From Ignavibacteriota bacterium (lineage in GTDB: Bacteria > Bacteroidota > Ignavibacteria > UBA10030 > UBA6906), in assembly GCA_963801355.1 (NCBI GenBank), contig CAWDEM010000004.1:1280001-1344000 (forward strand): 64,000 bases of DNA, given 5' to 3'. A model generated the notes under the pieces. That model did not search any database. It worked only from the letters and a program-made list of their open reading frames with translations, and was not told the DNA's origin. The translations under genes and the position numbers were made by a program. Within the stretch, counting starts at the first letter, position 1; every line of letters starts with the position of its first letter. Positions 1 through 9,951 of this stretch are shown here, piece after piece.

Positions 1-2
1 AG

Positions 3-866
3 CAGATCGGTGATTTTGCGTCATTTGATATCACCGGATACTATAAGGACATCAAGGACCAGGTCGTGTATGAGCAGTGGAATACCGCTGCGTCTTCCGC
101 GCTCGGAGCATACTTCGCGCTCGCAAACGGGGACTTTGCAACGACCAAGGGGATGGAACTCACCTTCACCATGCGCCGGACGAAACGGCTGCAGGTCAAC
201 GGATCGGTCTCGTTCCAGGACGCCCGGGGTACGGGGTCCTTCCCCAACTCCGCCCGGGGCATCGTGGGTGCACCACTTGATGGTGTGACGCAATTCAAGC
301 CATTGTACGTGTCACCGCTTGAGTTCAATAACGCGATCCGCGGCAACGTCAGTCTGGACTACCGCTTCGGGCGTGACGACTCGGGCCCCGTGCTTGAGCG
401 ACTCGGTCTCTCTGCCGTGCTCGCGTTTGCGAGCGGTCATCCGTACACCCGCGGCATCGGCGGCTCCGACCTCGAAGGGGAAGCCCGAAGCCGCACCCCC
501 GTGGAACCCCTGAACGCATCCACCACGCCGTGGACCTTCCAGGTGGATCTCCGCATCGACAAAACAGTGCGCCTGTTCAGCACCCTTGACGCGAATTTCT
601 TCGTTCAGGTCATCAACCTGTTCGACACGAAGAATATCCAGAATGTCTTCCTCCGCACAGGGTCAACGGATGATGACGGCGTGCTGAGCAATCCAACGTT
701 GGGGGCGGCGCTCGTGCAAACCTACGGCCAGCAGTACGCCGATGTGTACCGGGCAATCAACATTGACTACTACGAGCGCTATCAGAATGCCGTGGCGCTC
801 CAAACCGTGCCCTATTTTTACGGGCCGCCCCGGCAGATCCGCGTTGGCGTGCGTCTCGAGTACTAA
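3..866 (+). CDS. TonB-dependent receptor, C-terminal part (5' truncated by window)
   Basis: Frame is open from base 3 (QIGDFASFDITGYYKDIKDQV...). Amphipathic beta-strands, NLFD motif, typical terminus GPPRQIRVGVRLEY. Confidence 0.85.
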   Translation, partial: QIGDFASFDITGYYKDIKDQVVYEQWNTAASSALGAYFALANGDFATTKGMELTFTMRRTKRLQVNGSVSFQDARGTGSFPNSARGIVGAPLDGVTQFKPLYVSPLEFNNAIRGNVSLDYRFGRDDSGPVLERLGLSAVLAFASGHPYTRGIGGSDLEGEARSRTPVEPLNASTTPWTFQVDLRIDKTVRLFSTLDANFFVQVINLFDTKNIQNVFLRTGSTDDDGVLSNPTLGAALVQTYGQQYADVYRAINIDYYERYQNAVALQTVPYFYGPPRQIRVGVRLEY

Positions 867-886
867 TCGCGAAGGAACCGCATACT

Positions 887-3800
887 ATGAAACGATCAGG
901 AATTCTTCTCACAATAGTCTGTCTGGCTGTCGCACTCGGTGTCGCGGGCGAACGCCGCGCTGGCACGGCGCAATCACGGCAGTTGATGAAGCCGGATGGC
1001 AGCCCCGTCTATACCTACCTCAACATCAACAATGTCTCGACAGTGCTGCGGAATGACGGAACAGCCGACATCGATCCAGCCCAGCAGAACTCCGGCCTGG
1101 TGTTCCCCAAAGGAAGCCGGAAAACCGCGATGTATTCAAGTGGCCTCCTCTGGGGCGCCAAAATTGCCGGAGATCCGCAAGTCCGTGTCGGCGGTTCCGG
1201 GCACCGGTCCGGGCTTCAGCCCGGAAAGATCCTGCCCAACGGCACACCGGAAGACCCGAACGCTGCCCATGTGCGGATCTATCGTGTCAGACCCGACTAC
1301 CGCACCGGTGATCTCTCTTCCGAGATGGCTGATGAAGACAAAACATCTGCGGAGGTGCGGGCACAGTACGAATCGGATTGGCAGCAATGGCCATGGCAGG
1401 ATGGAGCTCCGTACAAGGATACAGACTCCAACGGCGTCTACGACCCCTCTGTGGACGTACCGGGCGTCCCGGGTTCGGATCAGACAGTCTGGTTCGTTGC
1501 GAATGACCTGAATGCGACGAACACATTTGACCTTTACGGTGCTGCGCCCCTGGGCCTTGAATGCCAGACAACGAATTGGGCGTATTCACAGGACGGACCT
1601 CTCGGCAGTATGATTTTCAAGAGCTTCGTGCTGATCAATAGAAGCAATGTCACCCTCGACAGCATGTACGTCGCGATGTGGTCGGATCCCGATCTTGGAT
1701 TTTCCGACGATGACTATTGCGGATGCGACACCTCACTCAGTCTGGGGTTCATCTATAATGCCCAGAATGTGGATCAGACGTACGGCGAGTTACCTCCCCC
1801 GGCGGGTGGTTTCGACTTCTTTCAAGGTCCGAGGATTCCCGCGCCCGGACAAACAGCGATATTCCGGGGGAAGGCCCTGGAAGGATACCGGAATCTTCCG
1901 ATGACTTCGTTTTTCTATTTCATCAAGTCCGACCTCACGCTCGCCGACCCCGTGCAGGGTACGCCCGAAGGATCCACGCAAATGTACAACTTCATGCGCG
2001 GCCGGGTGGGACTCACGGGCCAGCTCTTCCAAGACCCGCAGGGAAATCCAACGACGTTTGTGCTCACCGGAGACCCCGTGACAGGAACAGGATGGGTGGA
2101 CGGAAGACAGTATAATATGGGTGATCGTCGGATGGGACTGTCTTCAGGGCCGTTTTCGATGGCACCCGGAGATACACAGGAGGTCGTGGTTGCCGAGATC
2201 TTCGCCGGTGCCATTCCGGGTGTTGACCGTCTTACCGCCGTCAACCTGTTGAAGTTCTTCGATAAGTCTGCACAACTCGCGTATGACAACTTCTTCCGCT
2301 TGCCATCGCCGCCGCCGGCTCCAAAGGTGACGATCACAGAGCTGGACGCCGAAATCCTGCTCAACTGGGGAAGTGACCAGCCCGCAGTCACGGCAACGGA
2401 GAATGCCAATAACAGGGGTTTCAAGTTCCAGGGATACAATGTGTATCAGCTTCCCTCTCAGGGCGCCTCGGTATCGGAGGGGAAGAAGATTGCCGTCTAT
2501 GATCTCGCCGGCGACGGGGTCACACGCATTGTCGACCAGGTGTTTGATGCGAGCATCGGCGTGGTCTCGTCAAAGGTTGTGCAGCTGGGGACCGACAGCG
2601 GCATCAAGCGCTATCTTGCCGTGAAGGGGGATGCCTTGAACGGTGGAGTGCCCCTGGTGAATGGGGCCCGCTACTATTTCGCCGTCACTGCCTACTCCTT
2701 TAACAGCGATCCCAATGCTGTGCCGAACAATCTGGAGAACCCTATCCAGATATTTGTGGCTGTCCCGCATTCCGCAAACCCGGGCGTGCGGTACAGTGGC
2801 GCTGCAGGCGATACCATCCGTGCAGTGGAGCACACGGGGAGCAGCGATGGCAGCGTGATTCCCCTGGTGATCGATCCGGCACGGACTACGGGGCACTCGT
2901 ATAGTGTCCGCTTTGAGGATGCAGGCGGAACGGTGTCGTGGAAACTTGTGAACACCACGCGCGGAGACACTCTTCTCCGCAGCCAGACAAACCAGAGCGG
3001 CGACGACGACTACCTGATTATCGACGGCATCCAGGTGAAAGTGCTGGGTCCGCCGCCCGGAATGAAAGACTGGAGTATCCCGAATGGTGAACGCCGGTGG
3101 ACATTTGCCGGCGGCGCCAGCGGATTCGAGATGGAGGGATTCAGCGGTGCTATGGGGAGTGCGCTCCACGGGTGGGGCGACGGCATCGCCGACGACAAAT
3201 TGCGGAACGTGCTGCTGAAGCTTTGTGCGACAGATGCCAATGGCAACGTGCTGGATCCCGCTGACCCGGATTGGTCGTACGCGTATCGCTATGTGCGGCT
3301 TGCCCAGAATCCGCCCGCCAAACCGGAGTTCGCGCCGTTCATCACGAACACTCTGGATAGCTACGCATATCAGGGATATGCGCAGAGTATGCCCTTCGCC
3401 GCATACAACATGGAAACCACCCCTCCGACCCGCCTGATGGTCGGACACGTTGAGAACAATGTGGCCGGCGGGCTCGTGGACGGGAAATACTGGCCGCCGT
3501 TTTACAGTGATGCAGACAACGTGGCCGGCGCCGGCCCGCGGGAGTGGTTCTTCATATTCGACGTGCCGTACAGCACGACCCCGGATCCGCAGCTGATGGT
3601 GAACATCTATAATACCACCGGTATGCCGATCATGTACTTCTGCACGCCTGCCCGGCGCGCAGCCGTGGCCTGGAATGCGGATGACGAGTTTCTCATCGAG
3701 GCAAACCATGTGAACGCGGCAGCCGATGTGTTCAGTTTCTCCGCGCCGGCGGTGACGTACAATGCGGAGACAGCGAAGGCCGATGCCGGAGTGATCAACG

Positions 3801-4105
3801 TGTTCCCGAATCCATACTACGGCGTGAATACGGAGGAGATCAACAAGTACAACCGGTTTGTCACATTCAATCATCTGCCGCAAGAAGCGATCATCACCAT
3901 CTACAACCTTGCCGGCGTGCAGGTGCGGCAAATCCGGAAGAACAGTACAGGCCAGTTTGAACGCTGGGATCTGGCGAACGAATCCGGTCTTCCCGTCGGA
4001 AGCGGATTGTACATCGTCCACATTGACATGCCCGCTCTGGGCGGGGCGAAGAAAATCCTGAAACTTGCCATCGTCCAGGAACAACAGATCCTGGATCGGT
4101 ACTAA
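887..4105 (+). CDS. Large secreted protein with T9SS type A-like C-terminal sorting domain
   Basis: Signal peptide, FN3-like segment (YYFAVTAY), CTD VFPNPY...IYNLAG...WDL...GSGLYIV. Confidence 0.8.
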   Translation: MKRSGILLTIVCLAVALGVAGERRAGTAQSRQLMKPDGSPVYTYLNINNVSTVLRNDGTADIDPAQQNSGLVFPKGSRKTAMYSSGLLWGAKIAGDPQVRVGGSGHRSGLQPGKILPNGTPEDPNAAHVRIYRVRPDYRTGDLSSEMADEDKTSAEVRAQYESDWQQWPWQDGAPYKDTDSNGVYDPSVDVPGVPGSDQTVWFVANDLNATNTFDLYGAAPLGLECQTTNWAYSQDGPLGSMIFKSFVLINRSNVTLDSMYVAMWSDPDLGFSDDDYCGCDTSLSLGFIYNAQNVDQTYGELPPPAGGFDFFQGPRIPAPGQTAIFRGKALEGYRNLPMTSFFYFIKSDLTLADPVQGTPEGSTQMYNFMRGRVGLTGQLFQDPQGNPTTFVLTGDPVTGTGWVDGRQYNMGDRRMGLSSGPFSMAPGDTQEVVVAEIFAGAIPGVDRLTAVNLLKFFDKSAQLAYDNFFRLPSPPPAPKVTITELDAEILLNWGSDQPAVTATENANNRGFKFQGYNVYQLPSQGASVSEGKKIAVYDLAGDGVTRIVDQVFDASIGVVSSKVVQLGTDSGIKRYLAVKGDALNGGVPLVNGARYYFAVTAYSFNSDPNAVPNNLENPIQIFVAVPHSANPGVRYSGAAGDTIRAVEHTGSSDGSVIPLVIDPARTTGHSYSVRFEDAGGTVSWKLVNTTRGDTLLRSQTNQSGDDDYLIIDGIQVKVLGPPPGMKDWSIPNGERRWTFAGGASGFEMEGFSGAMGSALHGWGDGIADDKLRNVLLKLCATDANGNVLDPADPDWSYAYRYVRLAQNPPAKPEFAPFITNTLDSYAYQGYAQSMPFAAYNMETTPPTRLMVGHVENNVAGGLVDGKYWPPFYSDADNVAGAGPREWFFIFDVPYSTTPDPQLMVNIYNTTGMPIMYFCTPARRAAVAWNADDEFLIEANHVNAAADVFSFSAPAVTYNAETAKADAGVINVFPNPYYGVNTEEINKYNRFVTFNHLPQEAIITIYNLAGVQVRQIRKNSTGQFERWDLANESGLPVGSGLYIVHIDMPALGGAKKILKLAIVQEQQILDRY

Positions 4106-4125
4106 TGTCAGAAGGAAATCATGCA

Positions 4126-5160
4126 ATGAAAACAACACGACGATTGATCATCGTTCTGGCAATGAGCGCCGGTCTTGTATCTGCCGCCATGGCCGGTGCA
4201 GGCAACCGCGGCGGTACCAGCGGCGCAGCGGAGCTGCTGATCCCCGTGGGTGTCCGCGATATCGCCATGGGGGGATCGACCACCGGAACCACGCGCGACA
4301 TCGAAGCTCTGTACTGGAATCCTGCGGCCATCGCACATATGCGAAACTCGGCGTCTGTGTACGTCTCGCACATGAGCTACATCGCAGACATCGGTGTCAA
4401 CTACGGCGCGATCGCAGCACAATTTGAGGGATTCGGTGTTCTTTCTCTTTCGCTGAAGTCACTGGCGATCGGCGATATTCCCGTGACTACGACCACCGCC
4501 CCCGACGGTACGGGTCAAACATTCACGCCGCAGTTCTTTACTGTCGGATTGTCATATTCCCGTCTCTTGAGCGACCGGGTGGCGGTCGGCCTTACAGCGA
4601 AGATTGTTGCAGAGCGCATGGGCGATGTCAACAGCAGCGGGATCGCGTTTGATGTGGGCGTGGCATACGATAACCTCGCCGCGATCGACGGCCTCAGCCT
4701 CGGAGTGGTAGTCAGGAACGTCGGTCCCTCAATGAAATATGATGGTTCCGGACTCTTGACGCAGGCGACCGTCGATGCGCAAAAGCGGCCTGCCGGCTTG
4801 TACCAGATACAGGCAGCCCCGTTTGAACTTCCGTCCTCTATCGAGTTCGGGGTGGGTTATAAGCGCAACATTGACAATGCGAACACCATGCTTGTCTCCG
4901 GGGCTTTCCAAAGCAACAACTTCTCCGATGATGAATACCGTCTGGGATTGGAGTATGCATTCCAGGAGATGTTCTTCGTCCGGGGGGGGTATGACTTCGC
5001 CCAACGCGAGACCGATGAACGCGAATACCTCTTCGGCGCTTCCTTCGGGGCAGGTGTCAAGTACTCCCTCGGAAGCACGGATATCACCGTGGACTATGCA
5101 TACCGCGCCGTCAAAGTGTTCGATGCCAACCACGTGTTCTCGGTGAAGCTCGGGTTCTGA
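4126..5160 (+). CDS. PorV/PorQ-family (FadL-like) outer-membrane barrel
   Basis: L-L-I-P-V-G-V-R-x-x-AMGG and ALYWNPAA motifs, signal peptide, C-terminal Phe. Start taken at ATG 4126 after GAAGGA. Confidence 0.85.
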   Translation: MKTTRRLIIVLAMSAGLVSAAMAGAGNRGGTSGAAELLIPVGVRDIAMGGSTTGTTRDIEALYWNPAAIAHMRNSASVYVSHMSYIADIGVNYGAIAAQFEGFGVLSLSLKSLAIGDIPVTTTTAPDGTGQTFTPQFFTVGLSYSRLLSDRVAVGLTAKIVAERMGDVNSSGIAFDVGVAYDNLAAIDGLSLGVVVRNVGPSMKYDGSGLLTQATVDAQKRPAGLYQIQAAPFELPSSIEFGVGYKRNIDNANTMLVSGAFQSNNFSDDEYRLGLEYAFQEMFFVRGGYDFAQRETDEREYLFGASFGAGVKYSLGSTDITVDYAYRAVKVFDANHVFSVKLGF

Positions 5161-5176
5161 AAGTGTCCCTTCCTGC

Positions 5177-5214
5177 CGATTATCCATTATCCGGTGACGG
5201 GTAATGGATAATCG
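5177..5214. terminator. Long inverted repeat between convergent genes (probable bidirectional terminator)
   Basis: CGATTATCCATTATCCG-GTGA-CGGGTAATGGATAATCG. Confidence 0.65.
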
Positions 5215-5223
5215 AAGGGGGGA

Positions 5224-5694
5224 TCAGACGGCTTGAGGGGGGGTGTGTGCGGGTTGAATCGCGGGCATCCAGTCATCTCCGACGCCGTACACATGTCTGA
5301 GGTGCCAGAGCACTCCGGGTTTCGGTCTGCATACGTTTTTCTCCCACCTCTCGACCGCAACCCATGAATATCCAATCTGTGCGGCAACCTCTTTCAGTGT
5401 CAGCCCTGCGGCGATCCGTGATCTCCGCAAACGTTCTCCGAAAGATGACCCGGATTTCTGACGGTCAATCAGCTTCGATACGAACGAAGCTACTTCCTGT
5501 GCCTTGCGCTCCGAAACTGGGGTTTTCCCGTACAGTATCTGCCAGATGTACTGACGGGAGACTCCCATTGCCATGGCAACGTCGGTGATCGTGACGCCCC
5601 ATGGACGCATCTGCGTACGTATCCTTGCGCCCAGAGCAGGCGGATGTGCCGGCTCGGAATTCGGGAGATGCAGGATGTGTCCGCGGGGAATCAT
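5224..5694 (-). CDS. XRE-family regulator with two HTH domains
   Basis: TITDVAMAMGVSRQYIWQILYG and GLTLKEVAAQIGYSWVAVERWEK. Start uncertain. Confidence 0.75.
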   Translation of the reverse strand: MIPRGHILHLPNSEPAHPPALGARIRTQMRPWGVTITDVAMAMGVSRQYIWQILYGKTPVSERKAQEVASFVSKLIDRQKSGSSFGERLRRSRIAAGLTLKEVAAQIGYSWVAVERWEKNVCRPKPGVLWHLRHVYGVGDDWMPAIQPAHTPPQAV

Positions 5695-5813
5695 TATACC
5701 ACTAGTATAGAAACCCCGGGAAGATTTTCCACTGCTTTGAGATGAGCTGCTTCTAATCCCCGACGAGCCGCAGTTTTTGTCGACCAAATGCAGGCAGGAC
5801 TGGCACAACGACT

Positions 5814-8800
5814 TTAACGCCCTGCTCCATCCGGTTCGCCCCGCAGGAACCCCGCAACTCCCGTCATTATCGCATCACGTGCGGCTTGTGTGGTGATGGT
5901 CTCGAAAGGGAAACCCATGACCACGACGTTTGCCGTACCTCTATAGCCGACAGCTGCGCCAAAGAGGTTCTCACCGTACCTCAGCAGGGTGGTCCCCCCT
6001 TTGACCGCCGCGAGAGCATCAGGAGATTCCACGGGATAGATCCTGTCATTGAGGTCGGTGCAGAAGCTCACAGGGACCTTGTTTTCCAGGAAAGGAGGCG
6101 CTACGGGGACGATCGTACCCGTACGGGAGGCGTGTCCCGTGACCCAGGTGCATTTCAGCACTTCGCGGGCAAAACGCATCCCCGAGCTGTCGTGCGGCAG
6201 TATCGCATACAGGTCACTGCCAACATAGCTCCCCGAAACAAAGAACGATCCGCCGGCTTCCGTGAACTCCCGCACTTCTTCCCGAAGCCGCTCCGGGAAT
6301 GCGGCGAACCGGACTCCGAGAAGAGTGTCAAGGGAAGATCGTACGCGGTGGGTCCGCCTCTGTTCGCCCAGGATCAGGTCCACCAGAGTGTAGGCCTGAA
6401 GGTCGACGAGTGAGTCCTGAACGGCTTCTGCGCTGCACGAGCTGACTGCAAACCCGGCCGCGCGGAGGGAGGATGCATGGATCGATGGATAGTCAAAAGA
6501 GTTACCGGCGATGAGGCGTGCCTCGTCGTCCGCCATGCTCGCGCCATGCCCCGGGCCGTCGTTCGATCTGAATGGTGACTGCGGATCGAAGTCGTACTGC
6601 TGTCCGGGAAAATTGTAGTCGAGGTGATCGGGAACGCCTGCGTCCTGCAGGTTCGCGAATCCTGCGTAACGCGGTTCCTCGACGATTCCCGGTGCCGCGG
6701 TGCGGGTGAACCCGTTGACGATCAGCGCGGTGGGAGCGCGTGCGCCGATGCTGCACACTGTCAGAATCTCCGAGGGAAAGCCCTCTCCACCGGCGTTGAC
6801 AGCGGTGACCTTGTAACTCACCGGCACGCCGGTCGGGACATTGAAGGCCTGGTATGTCACGCCGTTGACGGGAGTGCCATTGTCAAACCCGCCGTCGCCG
6901 ATTCGTGTGTACACGATATAGCTGTCGGGCGAGGCGGTCGGTTCGAGCATGTCGGCAACGGGCCACCAGCCGAGGAGAACGTCGCCGTGGGAGGTCAGCT
7001 CGGCGGAAAAATGCGAAACCGGCAGGGGCTGCACGACATAGGCCGGGTTGTCCGGTATCGAGAGGTACCGCAGCATGGATTTGTAGATCGCCCGGGAGAC
7101 GTCAAACCGGAATTGCGGATCCTGCATGAACTTCATGTCCAGGAAATTCTGGTGGGACAGAAGTTCGAGAAGCACGCTGGGAAAATTCGGGCGGACGCAT
7201 TCAGAGTAATCTGCGTTTCTCAACTCCCTGCGGCGCCAGGCCGGATCGTGCAGCACCCGGATATCACTCACGATCTGCGATTGCATGATGTCGGCAAAGT
7301 CCCGGTTGGCAAGGCGGGAGACGCCGTCAGGGAACGTCAGGGATGAATCGAAGGCCTCGATGCTGTAGATGGACAATGTCCCGACGGTTGTGTCATTCGA
7401 CGTAATGCCCGCGTCCGTGTGGAAGGCGAGCGAGAGATCCATGGGGATGCCGAGGCCCGGCACTGATCTGTCCTTGTTCGGACCAAAGGGGGATCCGAAG
7501 AGGTAGTTGCCGTACTCCGCGCGGCTCTGGTAATCGTCTTTGTAGTCATTGATGTCGTTGTTAAGACTGTACACGAGTGTGTCCGGCATGCCGGCGAACT
7601 GCAGGTAGTAGCGGGCACCTTCGTTGAATCGCGGGCGGCCGCTTGCCGCACCACCCCTCTCGACCACTCCCATACCTCCGCCGAAACGGACGGCATCCGC
7701 GGTGACGTACCTGTCCGGCTGGCTACTCCGGTTGGTGAGGACAACCTGGCCGCTCTCCGGATGCGTACCGGCACGAAATGTGAATACCCCGAGACGATGC
7801 CAGGTGCCCCCGCCGATGCGCTGGTTCACGCGGAATGTGGTGCTTCCGCCGGCATGAAACACCGTATACTCTGCGTTGGACACGTTGCTGTCAGCCATCG
7901 CATAGGAGATGGACACGGCGTAGTCGCCTGTCTCGGGGATGGCGGGTATCCAGCGGATTTCTGCTGAGGCCCCGGCGTCACTCAACGCCCGGCGCGCCGT
8001 CCCCAACCGGAACGGATTCGTGTTGCCTGCAAGGGTGCGTGACGGCCGGAAGCCGGGGGTGATCGTTTTCCAGCCATGCGCAGGGTCTGTGCTGCGCTCA
8101 CTGTAGGATGACGGGAGCGAATCGTTGTCGACGATCACTTCATGAGTCTGTACATCGCGTTCACGCGGCACAAAGACACGGGCGCCCGCGTTCTCCAGCA
8201 TCGGAATGAGATAGGGAATTGTGAATGACAGCGGGCCAAGATCTTCCACCGACTGAAACAGCCTGGGCCGTTGCCACTCCCACCGTTTCTCAGTGTTATT
8301 GTAGTACCAACCATGGCTGTGCCAGAGGGAGATGTTGCGATTGAGAAGTCCGCGGACGGGCACCGACAGACGGTTCGTACGTGAGACCACCGGCTCAACA
8401 AGCGAAGAACGGTTGACCGGGATCCTGTTCTTGTCGTAATGTGCCGTGTCCCGCCTGAAGAAATTCGGGATGAGTTCTTCGATGGGGGTCCGGAGCGTCC
8501 GGACGCTGTAGCGATAGCCGTTGAACCTCTCACCGAAGAAATCCCGTATTCCCGCATAGACCGTATCGACATCGGGCTGCCGGAATGGCATCATGGAAAA
8601 CTCCCTGCTCAGGAACACGTCGAGTGTGCGGGACGTGTCGTTCACCATGATGGAGTCGATCTTCGTTCCTGGAGGGGCAGGGAACTTGACGTCGTGCTTC
8701 TGAATTGCTTCACCGAGCGCCTTGCGATATTCCTCGGTGGTCGGTTGTGTCGTGATGCAACCGGCGAGCAAAGCGGCCGCGATGAAGAGCGGCCACGATT

Positions 8801-8831
8801 TTCTCTGGAAACCGCGACAATGCGAAGCCAT
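5814..8831 (-). CDS. Lipoprotein with amidase_3-like, golvesin/xanthan-lyase CBD-like and FN3 domains
   Basis: Lipobox LLAGC; SHGWYY...WEWQRPRLF, ADAVRFGGG, LAFHTDAG and LLELLSHQNF motifs of the Bacteroidota 'xanthan lyase'/amidase family. Start uncertain. Confidence 0.75.
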   Translation of the reverse strand: MASHCRGFQRKSWPLFIAAALLAGCITTQPTTEEYRKALGEAIQKHDVKFPAPPGTKIDSIMVNDTSRTLDVFLSREFSMMPFRQPDVDTVYAGIRDFFGERFNGYRYSVRTLRTPIEELIPNFFRRDTAHYDKNRIPVNRSSLVEPVVSRTNRLSVPVRGLLNRNISLWHSHGWYYNNTEKRWEWQRPRLFQSVEDLGPLSFTIPYLIPMLENAGARVFVPRERDVQTHEVIVDNDSLPSSYSERSTDPAHGWKTITPGFRPSRTLAGNTNPFRLGTARRALSDAGASAEIRWIPAIPETGDYAVSISYAMADSNVSNAEYTVFHAGGSTTFRVNQRIGGGTWHRLGVFTFRAGTHPESGQVVLTNRSSQPDRYVTADAVRFGGGMGVVERGGAASGRPRFNEGARYYLQFAGMPDTLVYSLNNDINDYKDDYQSRAEYGNYLFGSPFGPNKDRSVPGLGIPMDLSLAFHTDAGITSNDTTVGTLSIYSIEAFDSSLTFPDGVSRLANRDFADIMQSQIVSDIRVLHDPAWRRRELRNADYSECVRPNFPSVLLELLSHQNFLDMKFMQDPQFRFDVSRAIYKSMLRYLSIPDNPAYVVQPLPVSHFSAELTSHGDVLLGWWPVADMLEPTASPDSYIVYTRIGDGGFDNGTPVNGVTYQAFNVPTGVPVSYKVTAVNAGGEGFPSEILTVCSIGARAPTALIVNGFTRTAAPGIVEEPRYAGFANLQDAGVPDHLDYNFPGQQYDFDPQSPFRSNDGPGHGASMADDEARLIAGNSFDYPSIHASSLRAAGFAVSSCSAEAVQDSLVDLQAYTLVDLILGEQRRTHRVRSSLDTLLGVRFAAFPERLREEVREFTEAGGSFFVSGSYVGSDLYAILPHDSSGMRFAREVLKCTWVTGHASRTGTIVPVAPPFLENKVPVSFCTDLNDRIYPVESPDALAAVKGGTTLLRYGENLFGAAVGYRGTANVVVMGFPFETITTQAARDAIMTGVAGFLRGEPDGAGR

Positions 8832-8869
8832 TGCTATTCCTCGGCGACAACGTGTGTACCCGCAGCGCA

Positions 8870-9835
8870 TCAGTAGAAATTTCTCTCCCACGCATGTTGA
8901 CGGAGCATGGTCATCAATGCGGAGGAGAGCCGGCGGCCGTCAGAGACGGCGCAATTCCGCTCGACATTCCCAGTGCTGCGCATGCCGGCAATGACCGTGG
9001 ACACGGCTGCAGGTTGCAGGCAGAATCTGAGTGCGAGTTCCGGGAGGGATGCAACTTCTTTGCCCAGAAGCATTTTCAACCGTTCCACCCGTTCGGCAAC
9101 CTGTTGTTTGCGGTCCCCCCGAAAATACCGGTTGCGGAAATCGCCCCGGGGAAATGTCGCGTCGGGTGTAATCGCGCCGGTCAGGCCCCCTTCGTCGAAC
9201 GGGACCCTCACAATCACCCCGACATTCTCTTGCTCACAGAGTGGCAACAGCGCCCGCAGAGGTGTCTGATCGAAAATATTGAATATGACCTGGACGGTGT
9301 CGATTTTGCCCGAACGGACGGCCTGGAGGGCATTCTCAGGCTGATGGTCGTTGATGGAGATGCCGACATGACGGATCTTGCCCTTCGCCTTCAGAGTGCT
9401 GACAGCTTCGTACCATTCCGAGACGTCCGTCCAGTCATCCTGCCAGACGTGGAATTGTTGGAGATCAATGGTGTCGACGCCCAATCGCTCCAGGCTCTCT
9501 TCCGTGCATTTGATGATATGGGCGTAGGGGAAGGCTTCGGAAAGCGGGCAGCCGGGCCTTGCGGGCCAGAGCATGTTCTTCGGAGGGATTTTCGTGGCTA
9601 CCACGATGCGTTCCTTGTGTTCCCGCAGAAACTGCCGGATGAGTTCCTCACTATGGCCTTCGCCATAGACATAGGCCGTGTCAATGAAATTAATGCCGAG
9701 GTCGGCTGCCCGGTGGAGGGCACGCAGGGACTCGTCGTCTGTTGCCCCCAGCCACATGGAGCCGCCGATGCCCCAGGCGCCAAAGCCGATTTCGGAGACC
9801 TGCATGTCAGTTTTACCGAGAGTGCGGAGTTTCAT
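8870..9835 (-). CDS. Aldo/keto reductase
   Basis: LGKTDMQVSEIGFGAWGIGG, FIDTAYVYGEGHSE, IDLQQFH motifs. Confidence 0.95.
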   Translation of the reverse strand: MKLRTLGKTDMQVSEIGFGAWGIGGSMWLGATDDESLRALHRAADLGINFIDTAYVYGEGHSEELIRQFLREHKERIVVATKIPPKNMLWPARPGCPLSEAFPYAHIIKCTEESLERLGVDTIDLQQFHVWQDDWTDVSEWYEAVSTLKAKGKIRHVGISINDHQPENALQAVRSGKIDTVQVIFNIFDQTPLRALLPLCEQENVGVIVRVPFDEGGLTGAITPDATFPRGDFRNRYFRGDRKQQVAERVERLKMLLGKEVASLPELALRFCLQPAAVSTVIAGMRSTGNVERNCAVSDGRRLSSALMTMLRQHAWERNFY

Positions 9836-9916
9836 GGGAGTACTTTCAGCGGGTCAATAGTGGAGCCAGGCTCATGAAGTATAGCAATGCCGGGAGAGAA
9901 ACACAAGACTATTGAC

Positions 9917-9945
9917 TTGATGCTTGCCAACTGGTTTTGTACATT
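9917..9945 (+). promoter_or_regulatory. Putative sigma70 promoter (TTGATG-17-TACATT, extended -10 TG)
   Basis: Consensus match ending 6 nt before ATG 9952. Confidence 0.45.
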
Positions 9946-9951
9946 TACGTC

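Noticed and set aside
2570-4138. Long antisense ORFs (also 8831..9877, 25875..26888, 27804..28823, 40439..41821, 44316..45476, 61776..62699)
   Set aside because: Shadows of well-supported genes on the opposite strand in GC-rich DNA, with no recognisable motifs.
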